Counted from the first letter of the stretch, positions 36,441-46,311 are shown. The stretch is 64,000 nt of DNA from Alphaproteobacteria bacterium (GCA_965243135.1 OZ251539.1:1664001-1728000); one strand, 5' to 3'. Notes: generated from the letters alone by a model not told the origin. A program made the numbers and translations.

Positions 36441-37055
36441 ATGAATGGAGCAGGAAGAAGCAGGGTCGATCTGGAGGGGCTGGACGCTCCCGAGACGAAA
36501 GCGTTGAAGAATATCCAGCCTCCCGGCGACGTTCCGTTCAGGGTCGGCAAGATCGGTCACGCCGTGTTGATGGTCCAGGACATCGAAGCCTCCGTCCGGT
36601 TCTACACGCAGGTGCTCGGGTTCAAGGTTTCCGACGCTTACCCGGACAGCATGACCGGGGGCCGAATGGCTTTCTTGCGGTTCAACGACGATCATCACGG
36701 AGTGGGTCTGATCGGCCGGGGAAAAGAGGCTTCCCGGCATCGGGAACTTGACCATATGGCGTTCGAGGTTTCGACGATCGACGAGGTGTTCCGAGCGCGA
36801 GACCATCTCGAAAGGCACGGCGTACAGGTGGATTTTCAGGGGCGGCGGCGGGCGGGCTGCCAGGTCGCCGTCGAGTTTCGGGATCCCGACGGGCATAGCC
36901 TCGAAATCTTCTGGGGGCTCGATCAAGTGGCATGGGAAGGAGATGCGCGCCCGCCCGAAGAATGGTCCCCTCAGCCTTCGCTGGAACAAGCGGTCGATCA
37001 CGCTCCGCCGGGTCAGGACACGACTCTTGGCGATCAAACCCTGCGCAGAACGTAG
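36441..37055 (+). CDS. VOC/glyoxalase-family protein resembling a single extradiol dioxygenase domain
   Basis: KIGHAVL, FY..VLGFKVSD, AFLR...DHH, LDHMAF, DPDGHSLEIF. GGAG RBS before ATG 36441. Confidence 0.8.
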   Translation: MNGAGRSRVDLEGLDAPETKALKNIQPPGDVPFRVGKIGHAVLMVQDIEASVRFYTQVLGFKVSDAYPDSMTGGRMAFLRFNDDHHGVGLIGRGKEASRHRELDHMAFEVSTIDEVFRARDHLERHGVQVDFQGRRRAGCQVAVEFRDPDGHSLEIFWGLDQVAWEGDARPPEEWSPQPSLEQAVDHAPPGQDTTLGDQTLRRT

Positions 37056-37078
37056 CTTGGCGGCCCGTTTTCGCGCAT

Positions 37079-37774
37079 TCAGCGAAGCAATATCTCCGTC
37101 AGTTCGTCCGGCATTTCGATCATCGCGTCGTGCAGACACGGCAACGCGAACGAGCGCCATCCGGGATGGTCGGCGTAGAGTTCGTGAAATTGCCGGAACG
37201 GCGAGGGTTCGTGCCTTTCGCAGAGAATGTAGTCCCTTCGGGCGACTTCGGCCTCCCTGCCCGATAGGGTTACGCCGTTCCCGAAACACGTCGCCGGATG
37301 CGGCGTGCAGCGGGACTTGAGCCATTCGATCCTTTCCGGATCGGATGTCCAACGATGAAATCCGGTCGGGTCGACGTGGCCGTCCGGTCGCCGGGCGGCC
37401 GCCACTTCCGCCGCGCGCGCCGGGGTCGACAGCGCGTTCGCCGGCGCGCCGCTGACGACCGGCACGAAAGCGTCGAGGTAAACGAGGCGGCCGATTCGTT
37501 CCGGGACGGCGGAGGCGACGCCCGTGATCACCATGCCGCCGTAGGAGTGTCCGACCAGAACGACGTCGTTCAGATTGCGCCAGCGGATCAGGTTTTCCAC
37601 GTCCTTGACGTGGGTGTCGGGTCCCGTCACGCAATCGATCAAGTGACTCCTCTCCCCCAGTCCGGTCAAGGTCGGCGCGAACGTCGCGCGGCCGCGGTTT
37701 CGGAGGCGGTCCGCCACTTCGTCCCAACACCAGCCGCCGTGCCATCCGCCGTGAACCAGGACGAACGCCGCCAT
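37079..37774 (-). CDS. Alpha/beta hydrolase (SABP2/methylesterase-like)
   Basis: FVLVHGGWHGGWCW, TLTGLGER, nucleophile motif GHSYGG, YLDAF, C-terminal HDAM. Confidence 0.9.
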   Translation of the reverse strand: MAAFVLVHGGWHGGWCWDEVADRLRNRGRATFAPTLTGLGERSHLIDCVTGPDTHVKDVENLIRWRNLNDVVLVGHSYGGMVITGVASAVPERIGRLVYLDAFVPVVSGAPANALSTPARAAEVAAARRPDGHVDPTGFHRWTSDPERIEWLKSRCTPHPATCFGNGVTLSGREAEVARRDYILCERHEPSPFRQFHELYADHPGWRSFALPCLHDAMIEMPDELTEILLR

Positions 37775-40095
37775 CAGGCCCTTCCCTTTCGCGCCCAATG
37801 CCATGCCAGGAACGCCGCGGCCGCGGCGATCGCGGGAACGTGCGCCATGCCGTCCCCGGCGATCACGAGGGCCGCCAGGACCAGTCTGACGGCGCATTCC
37901 CAAGCGGCGAGCCGATGCCGGTCGAAACGGGCGAGCGCGCTCGCCATGAGGTAGAGCGCGAGGACGAGGCGGGCGCCCAGAAAACCCAATCCGCCGAAGT
38001 CGATTTTCCCCGTGTAGCCTTCGAGGTAACCGCCGGCGCCGTCGGCGGGATCCAGCACCGCCGCGTCGATCAGGAGTAGTTCCGGATAGAAGGCGAAGAC
38101 GAACGGAATCACGAACATCACGATCCCCGATCGCACCGCGGAAAATCCGGTGGCCATCGGGTCGGCCTTGGTTATCGAAGCGGCGGCGAAGGCCGCGATC
38201 GCGACAGGCGGCGTTATGGCCGACGCCACGGCGAAGTAGAAGATGAACATGTGGGCGGTGAAGCTTGCGATTCCCAGCCCGACGAGCATCGGACCCATCA
38301 GGAGCGCGACGTTTATGTAAGCCGGGACGGTCGGCATTCCCATTCCCAGCAGAACCGCCATCGCCATCGTGACGAGCAGCGCGGAAAAGAGAAAAACGCT
38401 CGTGCTTCCGGCCTCCAGCTGGAAGCCTCGAAGCCAGATCAACAGGTCGCGCGCGATGAAGTCCGAGAGGCCGGTGAAGTTCAGGCAGAAGTCGATGACG
38501 GAAACCGCGAGAAACATCAGGTAAAGGGTCGAAACGAGAATCCCCGCGTCTCCCAAGGCTCTGGCGAGCTTTATCGGCGCCGCCCGGACTTCGCGGTCGA
38601 GAAACAGCAAGCCCATCAGGAAAAACATGGCCCACCAGCCCGCCGAACCGGCGTCGCCGGCCGAATTCTGCAGCAGCTGAAACGCCCACGGCATGTCTTG
38701 CACCCGGCAAACGCCGTCGATCCGGACTCCGTCCAACCCGAACAGCCAACCGAGCGCGCCGCAGCCGATCGCCTCCTTGGGGGTCAGCAGCAGAAGCAGA
38801 ATCAGCAATATGGGTCCGAAGATCATCAGCAGGTGCAATCTGTCGTCCCGCGTCAGCCGCATGTCGTCGGTCGCCTCGCCGACCGCTTCGATGCCCTGGC
38901 TGCGCGCCTGGAACGCCGCCGTCAGGAACAGGCACCCGAAATAAGCGATCGCCGGTATGGACGCGGCGATGATCACTTCGCGATACGGGACGAGAGTGAG
39001 CGCGGACAGCACGAAAGCCGCGACCCCCATCACGGGCGGCATGACCTGCCCGCCGGACGAGGCCGCCGCCTCGACGCCGCCCGCGAAAGTCCTGTTGAAA
39101 CCGCGCCGGATCATCATTGGAATCGTCAGCACGCCGGTGGACATCACGTTCACGATGGGACCGCCGGAGATCGTTCCGAACATGGCGGAAGACACGATCG
39201 CGGCGTGGGCCGGTCCGCCCCGCATGCGCCGCGTCCACAGGAACGCGATCTTGATGAGCGCCTGCCCGCCCGCGGAAATTCCGAACAGGCTGCCCAGTAC
39301 GATATAGGGGAAGACCGTGTTCATGAGGATGTCCATGAACCGGCCGAGAAGGCCCTGGCCATTGCTGACGAGGATGTCGTGAACTTTGGGCCTGCCGTCG
39401 ATCAGCTGGCGGGGTTCGCCGCCCAGCTTGGTCATCAGGTACTTGTTGATGTCGTCGGCGCCGTAGACGTACCAGACCAGCACGGTGAGCATCGTGTAGG
39501 CGGCGATGGCGATGGCCACCCCGACGAGCGGAAGCCCCCAGACCTTGACGTTGTACGCCAGGAAAACCGTGATCGCGACGCCCACGACCGCGAACAACCA
39601 TACTCCGAGCGTGTTCACGCACTGGGGATCTTCCACGCTGTTCGGAACGGGCAGTCCGAAGGATCTCGCGAATTCCTGTTCTTCCTTGAGAGACCTTGCG
39701 ATCAATTCCGCTCTCTCTCCCGTCAGCTGATCGACCAGGCAGACCGCTTCGATTTCCACGAGGTAAGTCATGCCGATCGCCAGCGCCATCGCGACGAGAG
39801 CGACGTCCATCGCCATGCTCGCGGCCTGGGTCGCGGCCGACCGGTTCCGGAACGACCGGAAAAAAGAGTGCTTGAGGGCCACGACCGTCATCATGATCAC
39901 GAACGCGGCCGGATGCAGATACTCGTACGAGAACTTCCGGATGGCGAACGTCGGATCGCCCGCCGCGTCGCGAACCCAATTGTCGAGACCCGGGAGAGCC
40001 GGGACGTTGTTCACGATCCCTATCGCCACGAGAAACAGCCCGAGCGCCAGGGCAGCGACTTCGCCGGTCGCCAGCTTCGGGTTCGGTAGCGACAT
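37774..40095 (-). CDS. TAXI-type TRAP fused 4TM/12TM permease
   Basis: GGPA..A.VSS..FGTISG, GGVEAAASSGGQ.MPPVMG, LGMGMPT, SAITPPVA. Confidence 0.92.
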   Translation of the reverse strand: MSLPNPKLATGEVAALALGLFLVAIGIVNNVPALPGLDNWVRDAAGDPTFAIRKFSYEYLHPAAFVIMMTVVALKHSFFRSFRNRSAATQAASMAMDVALVAMALAIGMTYLVEIEAVCLVDQLTGERAELIARSLKEEQEFARSFGLPVPNSVEDPQCVNTLGVWLFAVVGVAITVFLAYNVKVWGLPLVGVAIAIAAYTMLTVLVWYVYGADDINKYLMTKLGGEPRQLIDGRPKVHDILVSNGQGLLGRFMDILMNTVFPYIVLGSLFGISAGGQALIKIAFLWTRRMRGGPAHAAIVSSAMFGTISGGPIVNVMSTGVLTIPMMIRRGFNRTFAGGVEAAASSGGQVMPPVMGVAAFVLSALTLVPYREVIIAASIPAIAYFGCLFLTAAFQARSQGIEAVGEATDDMRLTRDDRLHLLMIFGPILLILLLLLTPKEAIGCGALGWLFGLDGVRIDGVCRVQDMPWAFQLLQNSAGDAGSAGWWAMFFLMGLLFLDREVRAAPIKLARALGDAGILVSTLYLMFLAVSVIDFCLNFTGLSDFIARDLLIWLRGFQLEAGSTSVFLFSALLVTMAMAVLLGMGMPTVPAYINVALLMGPMLVGLGIASFTAHMFIFYFAVASAITPPVAIAAFAAASITKADPMATGFSAVRSGIVMFVIPFVFAFYPELLLIDAAVLDPADGAGGYLEGYTGKIDFGGLGFLGARLVLALYLMASALARFDRHRLAAWECAVRLVLAALVIAGDGMAHVPAIAAAAAFLAWHWARKGRA

Positions 40096-40105
40096 CTATC
40101 GCATG

Positions 40106-40142
40106 GAAAAAGAGCGCCCGGGGGATGAATCCCCCGGGCTCG
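40106..40142 (-). terminator. Intrinsic terminator/attenuator between solute receptor and permease
   Basis: Minus strand reads GAGCCCGGGGGATTCATCCCCCGGGCGCTC followed by TTTTT, immediately after the receptor stop codon. Confidence 0.7.
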
Positions 40143-40145
40143 GCA

Positions 40146-41192
40146 TCATGGTTTGGCGCAATCGGGGATCTTGGAGCCGGCTTCCTCCCATGCCGCGATG
40201 GCGCCGGGATGGTATTTGAGCGGCATTGCGCCGCAGAATCCCGACTTGACCGCGTCCAACACGCCGAGATTGACGTTGACCATGAACGGCGCCTTGGCCT
40301 TCAGCCGATCCAACGACGCGATGTAGGTCGCGGTCAACGCCTTGGCCAGATCGAAGTCCATGTTCTTGTTGACGATTTCCGCCCCAGTGATGTTCACGCC
40401 GCGAAAGACCCCGTCCTCGGAGTATAGCCGGACGTCGTCGCCGTACCCCATCTTGCTCCCCGCCAACGTGACGGGCGCATTCCCGGGGGCTTTGGCCCAC
40501 TTCTGAAAGGGCGCGCTTTCGAAGGCCGCCTTCGGCACCGAGATCACGTTGACCTTGCCCGCGGAAAGCGCGGCGACGATTCGGTCCGACGGAAACGTGG
40601 CGGGCAACAGGTTCATGTCGCCGGTGCCGTCCATGATGGTCTTGTTGGCCTGAGGCCAGTTGACCTGGATGCCCTTGTAGCCTTCGCCTTCCTTCAGACC
40701 GGTGACGAGTTGCAGCATCTGGCGAGCGCCCACCAGCGCGCCTCCGCGGGGCGGGCCGTTGTAGATCGTCTTTCCCTTGAGTTGGTCCCAAGAGGTGATG
40801 TCCCGGGTCTGAAATCCGAAAAGCGTGTAGGAGCCGAAATTGTAGGGATAAAGCGCCCGAAGGTTTTCGACCATTTCGGCGCCGGCCTTGCCCTGCTTGG
40901 CGTACGGACCCCGGCCCACTTTCAGGAGGAACGGCAGAACGAGCGGAGCGACGCCGACGTCGGTCTTGCCTTGAGCCACGTTCATGACCGTGTTCGTAAG
41001 CGTCTGGCCCGCCTGGACCTGGAGATTGGCGACGCCGGCCTCGCCGGCCACTTCCGCCAGATGCGTCACGGAAAGGTGCGGCGCGCCTCCGGGAGAAGCC
41101 GTTTCGGCGGAAAGGTTTATTTGGGCCGAGGCTTGGGTCGCCAAAACGGCCGCAGCCAGCAGCGCAGCGCCTGTCGCTGGAATCGTTCGCAT
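40146..41192 (-). CDS. TAXI-family TRAP solute-binding protein
   Basis: Signal peptide, LRALYP, ITSWDQLKGK, C-terminal YHPGA. Upstream of the fused permease. Confidence 0.85.
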   Translation of the reverse strand: MRTIPATGAALLAAAVLATQASAQINLSAETASPGGAPHLSVTHLAEVAGEAGVANLQVQAGQTLTNTVMNVAQGKTDVGVAPLVLPFLLKVGRGPYAKQGKAGAEMVENLRALYPYNFGSYTLFGFQTRDITSWDQLKGKTIYNGPPRGGALVGARQMLQLVTGLKEGEGYKGIQVNWPQANKTIMDGTGDMNLLPATFPSDRIVAALSAGKVNVISVPKAAFESAPFQKWAKAPGNAPVTLAGSKMGYGDDVRLYSEDGVFRGVNITGAEIVNKNMDFDLAKALTATYIASLDRLKAKAPFMVNVNLGVLDAVKSGFCGAMPLKYHPGAIAAWEEAGSKIPDCAKP

Positions 41193-41589
41193 GCTCGTTC
41201 CTTTCTGTTGTCCGGGACCGGTGGACTCGGGAAGCCCTGCGTTTCGCCGCGACCGGTCGCGTGCCGTCATAACTGCCTGTTCGAGCGGGTTTCGTCGAGT
41301 CATATTTTCGGATCGCTTCGTGACGCGCGCGGCGCCGTTGCCGGCATTGCGTCGCAGGATGGCGGGCACCTCCAGACCGGGCATGGATAAAATCTATTAT
41401 TTCAAATGGTTATTTCGTGCAGCGAAACCGATTCGCGAGCGTTTTCCGAATCGCAAAATCCGCCGCCTTCGCGGCGGAGGCCGGCGACCGTCCGCGCTCC
41501 GGAGGGGCCGCGAAGATCCGCGGCCGGACAGCTGCCGTTCGGCTCGCGCCCTTCGGCAGGACCCTGCCGGCAAAGCCGACCGACCGCGG

Positions 41590-42495
41590 CTATGCGTTGG
41601 CTCCCATCGGTTCGTCGCGACCGACGACCCGGGTCGCCGGACCTGCGATCAGCGGGTCCGGACCGCATACCAGCTCGGTATTCTTGTCGGGATAAGGAAG
41701 CCTCGACAGGAAATGCTGCATGCAGGCGATACGAGCGCGTTTCTTGTCGTCGGACTTGATGACCGTCCATGGCGCGTCGGCGGTGTCGGTATAGAAGAAC
41801 ATCGCTTCTTTCGCTTGCGTGTACCCGTCCCACTTGTCGAGCGAAGCGAGGTCGATCGGCGAAATCTTCCACTGCTTCAGGGGGTCGGTCTTGCGCCGGT
41901 CGAAACGCCGCGCTTGTTCGTCCTGCGAGACCGAAAACCAGAATTTGAAGAGAAGGATGCCGCTGTTGACCAACATCCGCTCCAATTCGGGACATTGGCG
42001 CATGAACTCAAGGTATTCGGCCCCAGTGCAAAATCCCATGACCCGCTCCACGCCGGCGCGGTTGTACCACGAACGGTCGAAAAGGATTATTTCTCCGGCG
42101 GTCGGAAGGTGCGCGATATAGCGTTGGAAATACCAACAACCGCGCTCCTGTTCGGTCGGCTTCTCGAGCGCGACGACCTTCGCGCCGCGCGGATTGAGAT
42201 GCTCCATGAACCGCTTGATCGTTCCGCCCTTGCCTGCCGCATCGCGCCCTTCGAACAGAATGACGACCCTTGCGCCGGATTCCCTGACCCAGCGTTGCGC
42301 CTTCAGCAGTTCCACCTGAAGCTCGGCCTTGCGCTTCTCGTAAGCGGAGCGCGGCATCTTGTCCTGGTAGGGATAGACGCCTTCCTTGAAGACGCGTTCC
42401 AGGGCTTCCGGATCGTCGGCGCGCGCCGCGAAGGCTTCGCCCCCGGCTGAAACGCTCTCGTCGACGCCGTTCCGCGGGTTCGCCTCGTCGGTCAT
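41590..42495 (-). CDS. ppk2: Polyphosphate kinase 2 (single-domain, class I-like)
   Basis: FEGRDAAGKGG (Walker A), WYFQRY, FDRSWYNRAGVERVMGF, DPLKQWK.S, DKKRAR. Confidence 0.96.
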   Translation of the reverse strand: MTDEANPRNGVDESVSAGGEAFAARADDPEALERVFKEGVYPYQDKMPRSAYEKRKAELQVELLKAQRWVRESGARVVILFEGRDAAGKGGTIKRFMEHLNPRGAKVVALEKPTEQERGCWYFQRYIAHLPTAGEIILFDRSWYNRAGVERVMGFCTGAEYLEFMRQCPELERMLVNSGILLFKFWFSVSQDEQARRFDRRKTDPLKQWKISPIDLASLDKWDGYTQAKEAMFFYTDTADAPWTVIKSDDKKRARIACMQHFLSRLPYPDKNTELVCGPDPLIAGPATRVVGRDEPMGANA

Positions 42496-42616
42496 GGAGT
42501 GTCTCCTTCGATGGGCCGGAAGCGGGTTGCACGTTTCATGCCGCGCCGGCCCCGCGAACGGCGGCGCGGCGGAGACGAGCGGCCGGCCCGGTGACGCCCC
42601 GGGCCGGCCGGCGCGT

Positions 42617-43645
42617 TCAGCTGCCGCCGTCCTTGTACATCTTGGACTTGAGGATCTCGAAATCGACGCTGAATTTGCGTTTGGCGGCGTCGGCCCAGTT
42701 GGCAGAGAGAATCGTGTTGATGAACGCTTGGCCGTACTCGCCCTCCAAGGTGTAATCCTTGACGCCTTCCTTGAAGACCTTCTCGTTGTCTATCCGGGCG
42801 TATTCCTTGAGGAGCGCGCCGCTTTCGTTCTCGTATTTCAGACCGGCCGCGAGAAGCTGCTCCTGGGCTTTCTTCGGCAGCTTTTCGAACTTGTCCTTGT
42901 TCATCGTGGCCATCGTGGTGGAACGGAAGAAGCCCGGACCGACGCGGAACTTGATGAACCGTTGCCAGCCGCGCACCGTGACGCCGCCCTCCGGCCAGGC
43001 GAGGCCGTCCACGACGCCGCGTTCAAGAGCGGTGTAGACCTCCGCAGGCGAGATATTCTTGGTCGTCGCTCCCATCGCCTTGAAGAACGGCGTGTAGAGC
43101 GGCGTCGTGCGCATCTTCAGGCCCTTGAGATCGAGTCCGGTAACCTTGCTGGGCTTGGGCTCGTCCTTGAGCCAGATGAAAAACTGGTTGTATCCGTAGA
43201 AGTTGCCCCAACCGAGAAGAATGGCGTTCAACTTCTCGGCCCAGACCTTCGCAAGGAGGTCGTAGCCGCCGTTCTCGCGCCATTCCCGCGGCGAGACGTT
43301 GGAAATGCCGGTCAACCGAGCCTCGGGCACGACATTCGCGTAATAGGTGGTCGGCGACATGATGATGTCGATCAGTCCGCGCGCCATCGCCGGACCCTGC
43401 TTGCGGTTGGGCGTGACTTCGGGGCCGCCGATGTATTTCAGCTTGACGAGGCTTTCGTCCTTTTTCATCTCGGCGACGAACGTATCGAAGAAAGCCGTGC
43501 TCTGATCGTGCGTCTCCTGCAGGGCCGTGGATACCTTGAGTTCCTGCGCGGCATGGCTGTCGGCCCAGGCTGGCAATGCGAGCGCCGTCGACGCGGCCGC
43601 CCCCGCGACGCAGGCCGCGGCCAGTTTTCCAAACGACATCTTCAT
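42617..43645 (-). CDS. TRAP DctP-family solute-binding protein (orphan)
   Basis: Signal peptide, GGPEV, DLKGLKMR, EVYTALERGVVDG. Confidence 0.88.
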   Translation of the reverse strand: MKMSFGKLAAACVAGAAASTALALPAWADSHAAQELKVSTALQETHDQSTAFFDTFVAEMKKDESLVKLKYIGGPEVTPNRKQGPAMARGLIDIIMSPTTYYANVVPEARLTGISNVSPREWRENGGYDLLAKVWAEKLNAILLGWGNFYGYNQFFIWLKDEPKPSKVTGLDLKGLKMRTTPLYTPFFKAMGATTKNISPAEVYTALERGVVDGLAWPEGGVTVRGWQRFIKFRVGPGFFRSTTMATMNKDKFEKLPKKAQEQLLAAGLKYENESGALLKEYARIDNEKVFKEGVKDYTLEGEYGQAFINTILSANWADAAKRKFSVDFEILKSKMYKDGGS

Positions 43646-43812
43646 GGTTTAGTCTCTCCCTTGGTTGCTGCCCTTCCCGCTCGGTCGAACCGGAAAAGCT
43701 CGTCGCGGGTTTTCCGCTCGGGGCGCATTGTAGCAGCGCCGGGTCGTTCCGGTAAGCCTTCGGGAGCGCGGCGGGAATCCGTTCCGAACGGCGTCGCCGG
43801 CTGGGGAATTCG

Positions 43813-45054
43813 ATGCCTGCAAACGCTCCGCGCGCCATGCACGAAGAAGACAGTCCGCGCGGCTGGGTGATCGTCGGCGCGTTGTTCCTCATGCTGGGAT
43901 TCGTTATCGCAGCCCGCAACAGCATCGGGCTGATGATGCCGTTTTGGAAGGAGGATCCCGGCTGGTCCTACAAGTTCGTCGCGACCGTCGGCGGCGTAAT
44001 GATGGCGACCATGGCGGTCGCCGCTCCGGCGGCGGGCGCGATCGTCGATCGCTGGGGGTCGCGCGCCGTCTATGCGGCCGGCATGTCCGTCGTCGGCCTG
44101 GTCTATATCCTTTGTTCGCTCATGACCGAGGAATGGCAGCTCGTCGCGCTGTTCGGCATCGTTGGCGGCGTCGCGTTCGCGGCGATGTCGCCGTCGCTCG
44201 TCTCCACCACCGTCGCTCACCACTTCCGGACGCGTCTGGGACTTGCCACCAGCATCGCCACGTCGGGGAGCACGGGCGGTCAGTTCGCGCTGATGCCGTT
44301 GCTAGCCTTCCTGGTGACCGCGATCACCTGGCGCAACGCGTTCGCGGCAGTAGGCGTCGCGGTGCTCGTCGTCGGGCTCGTCGTCTACCTCCTGATCGGC
44401 CGGGAGCCGCCTCGGCCCGTTCCCTCCCGGGGCCGGCAATCCTCCATTTGGGTTACGCTGCGCATGCTTTCAAGGCGTCCCGTGTTCTGGCTCCTCGGGG
44501 GCGGGTTCTTCGTTTGCGGCTTCACGACAGCCGGCACAGTCAAGATCCACCTCATTCCCTACGCCGTGGCCTGCGGATTTCCGCCCATGCAAAGCGCGAC
44601 CGCCTACGGCGTGCTGTCGTTGTTCAGCCTGATCGGAATGATCGTCTACGGCGCGCTTTCCGACCGGTTTCACAGGCCGGCGCTGCTGGCGAGCTGCTAC
44701 TTCATGCGCGCGTTGACCCTGATCCTTTTACTCCACATCGCGGGCAGCGCCCCCCTGCTCTACGTCTTCGCCGTACTATTCGGCGTCTTCGATTACGCGA
44801 CCTTTCCGATCGTCGCCAGCCTCGTCGCGACCCACATCGGCCGGGCGGTAATGGGCGTCACCATGGGTTTGATTTTCTCGCTTCATTCGCTCGGCGGCGC
44901 GCTCGGCTCGTTCATCGGAGGCTATCTGTTCGACCTGTTCGCCCGCTACGACTGGGTATGGGTGGTTTCGGTGGCGCTTGCGCTGCTGGCGGCGCTTCTC
45001 ACCATCTTCATCAGGGAAAACCGCGAAGCAGCCCACGCCCCGGCTCTCGCTTGA
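43813..45054 (+). CDS. MFS transporter
   Basis: About 12 hydrophobic segments. Motif A appears twice: GAIVDRWGSR and GALSDRFHR. Confidence 0.92.
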   Translation: MPANAPRAMHEEDSPRGWVIVGALFLMLGFVIAARNSIGLMMPFWKEDPGWSYKFVATVGGVMMATMAVAAPAAGAIVDRWGSRAVYAAGMSVVGLVYILCSLMTEEWQLVALFGIVGGVAFAAMSPSLVSTTVAHHFRTRLGLATSIATSGSTGGQFALMPLLAFLVTAITWRNAFAAVGVAVLVVGLVVYLLIGREPPRPVPSRGRQSSIWVTLRMLSRRPVFWLLGGGFFVCGFTTAGTVKIHLIPYAVACGFPPMQSATAYGVLSLFSLIGMIVYGALSDRFHRPALLASCYFMRALTLILLLHIAGSAPLLYVFAVLFGVFDYATFPIVASLVATHIGRAVMGVTMGLIFSLHSLGGALGSFIGGYLFDLFARYDWVWVVSVALALLAALLTIFIRENREAAHAPALA

Positions 45055-45878
45055 GCTGGCGAGACACGCGGCGCGGGCGCCTCGTTTGACTATAGATTTC
45101 GAATTTGCGGAGCGGCGGGATGTAGGGCCCGGAAAATGGAAGGCTGGAACGCTGCCGAACATATTTTGCGCATTCGTGAACAGCCACTTCTTTGAGAAAG
45201 ACAATGCGGATGAGGAAAAGGCGAGCCGGTTTTGCGCCGACGCTTTTCTGATATCGAGCTCTCTTGAGCTGAGTTTCGAATTGTCCTCCCTTTGTCGATT
45301 CTGAAACGCAATGTTCCGCCCTGGACCGAAGCCGACGCGGCTTGGCGCAAGCCGGACAATGATCCGTTGTGGACGGAAGGGAACATGCCCCATGTTTCGC
45401 CCCCGGGAACCGGCAGTCGCAACATACTGCTTATTTACAGTCCCGTTATTCTCTTCGATCAGTGACGGTCGCAGTTTCTTCAAGAAGAGGGACGATCTCG
45501 ATTTCAGCGTTCCGGCCTAAGGTGTTTTGGTTCTTGGCTTACACGACGCTTAGCAAACGAACGGATTGCCCTAGCGTGAACGTGGTTCGGAAGTACTGTC
45601 TGAACAGCGGTCGGATTTCGTTCGTAGGGCAAGATTCCGCATCGCGGCACTTGTGGAACGTGCCCACTCCTACGGACATTCGTTTGGTGTGGTCAATGTG
45701 GTCGATGTCGATGCCTTTCCAAGAAATTCGAAAAATTGCTAAGTGTCTCTACTTCGTGGTTGCAGCGACCTAGCTAATTGCTACGTCAACTTGGACGGCT
45801 TTCGGAGGCAGAAAAAGCCTATAGATGATAGCTTATTGATAATAAGGGTTTTGAAATAGGCTCGGACCTGCGGTCGAA

Positions 45879-46311
45879 ATGCGAGCGAACGCAAGCCTCA
45901 ACACAGGCGATGTGAAGCTGCTTCTCTCAAACCGAGGAGAAACCGCCAACGGTCGGAAAGTGACGAAGTGTGTGCGCATTTCAAACAGATATCTATGGGA
46001 TGAATTGAGCCTTGCATATCTTGATCCGAGAACGAAAAGTTATGCGCGGGCGAAGGCATGATTACGGCCGAAAGCCGGATGCGGGACTTCCGTATGTCCG
46101 GCTTAGCGAGTAGGGATAGCGCTTCATCAAAATAAAATTTTAGTTTTTTCGCGCAGTATTCGCCTACGAGGATCCCAACTCAGCTTATGGCCTCATCCAA
46201 AGACTGCATTGTGATGAAGCACTAGAAACGTGGGCGTAGGATTGGGCCTGGAGCGAAAGCGACGGAACATCCACCGGACCCTACCGCTAACGCGCCAGTC
46301 CTCGACTCTAC
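45879..46311 (+). mobile_element. 5'-truncated group II intron remnant (IEP C-terminus + domains V and VI)
   Basis: The ORF tail RISNRYLWDELSLAYL...ARAKA* resembles intron maturase C-termini. About 10 nt later comes a domain V hairpin AAGCCGGATGCGGGACTTCCGTATGTCCGGCTT (46072-46104, AGC triad, 2-nt bulge). The 3' end CGCGCCAGTCCTCGACTCTAC finishes at 46311. Confidence 0.85.
46119..46222. mobile_element. 104-bp MITE with 15-bp imperfect TIRs and TA duplication (IS630/Tc1-like)
   Basis: TA|GCGCTTCATCAAAAT ... ATTGTGATGAAGCAC|TA, a 13/15 inverted match. Its removal restores an intron-like D5-D6 junction. Confidence 0.75.

Noticed and set aside
45500-45780. IS481-like transposase fragment on the minus strand (GIDIDHIDHTK...FHK)
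   Set aside because: The resemblance is too weak and is interrupted by stops, so it cannot be supported without a search.
45879-46311. Retron or diversity-generating retroelement
   Set aside because: There is no RT catalytic domain, no msr/msd-like layout and no TR/VR repeat pair. The features fit a group II intron 3' end.
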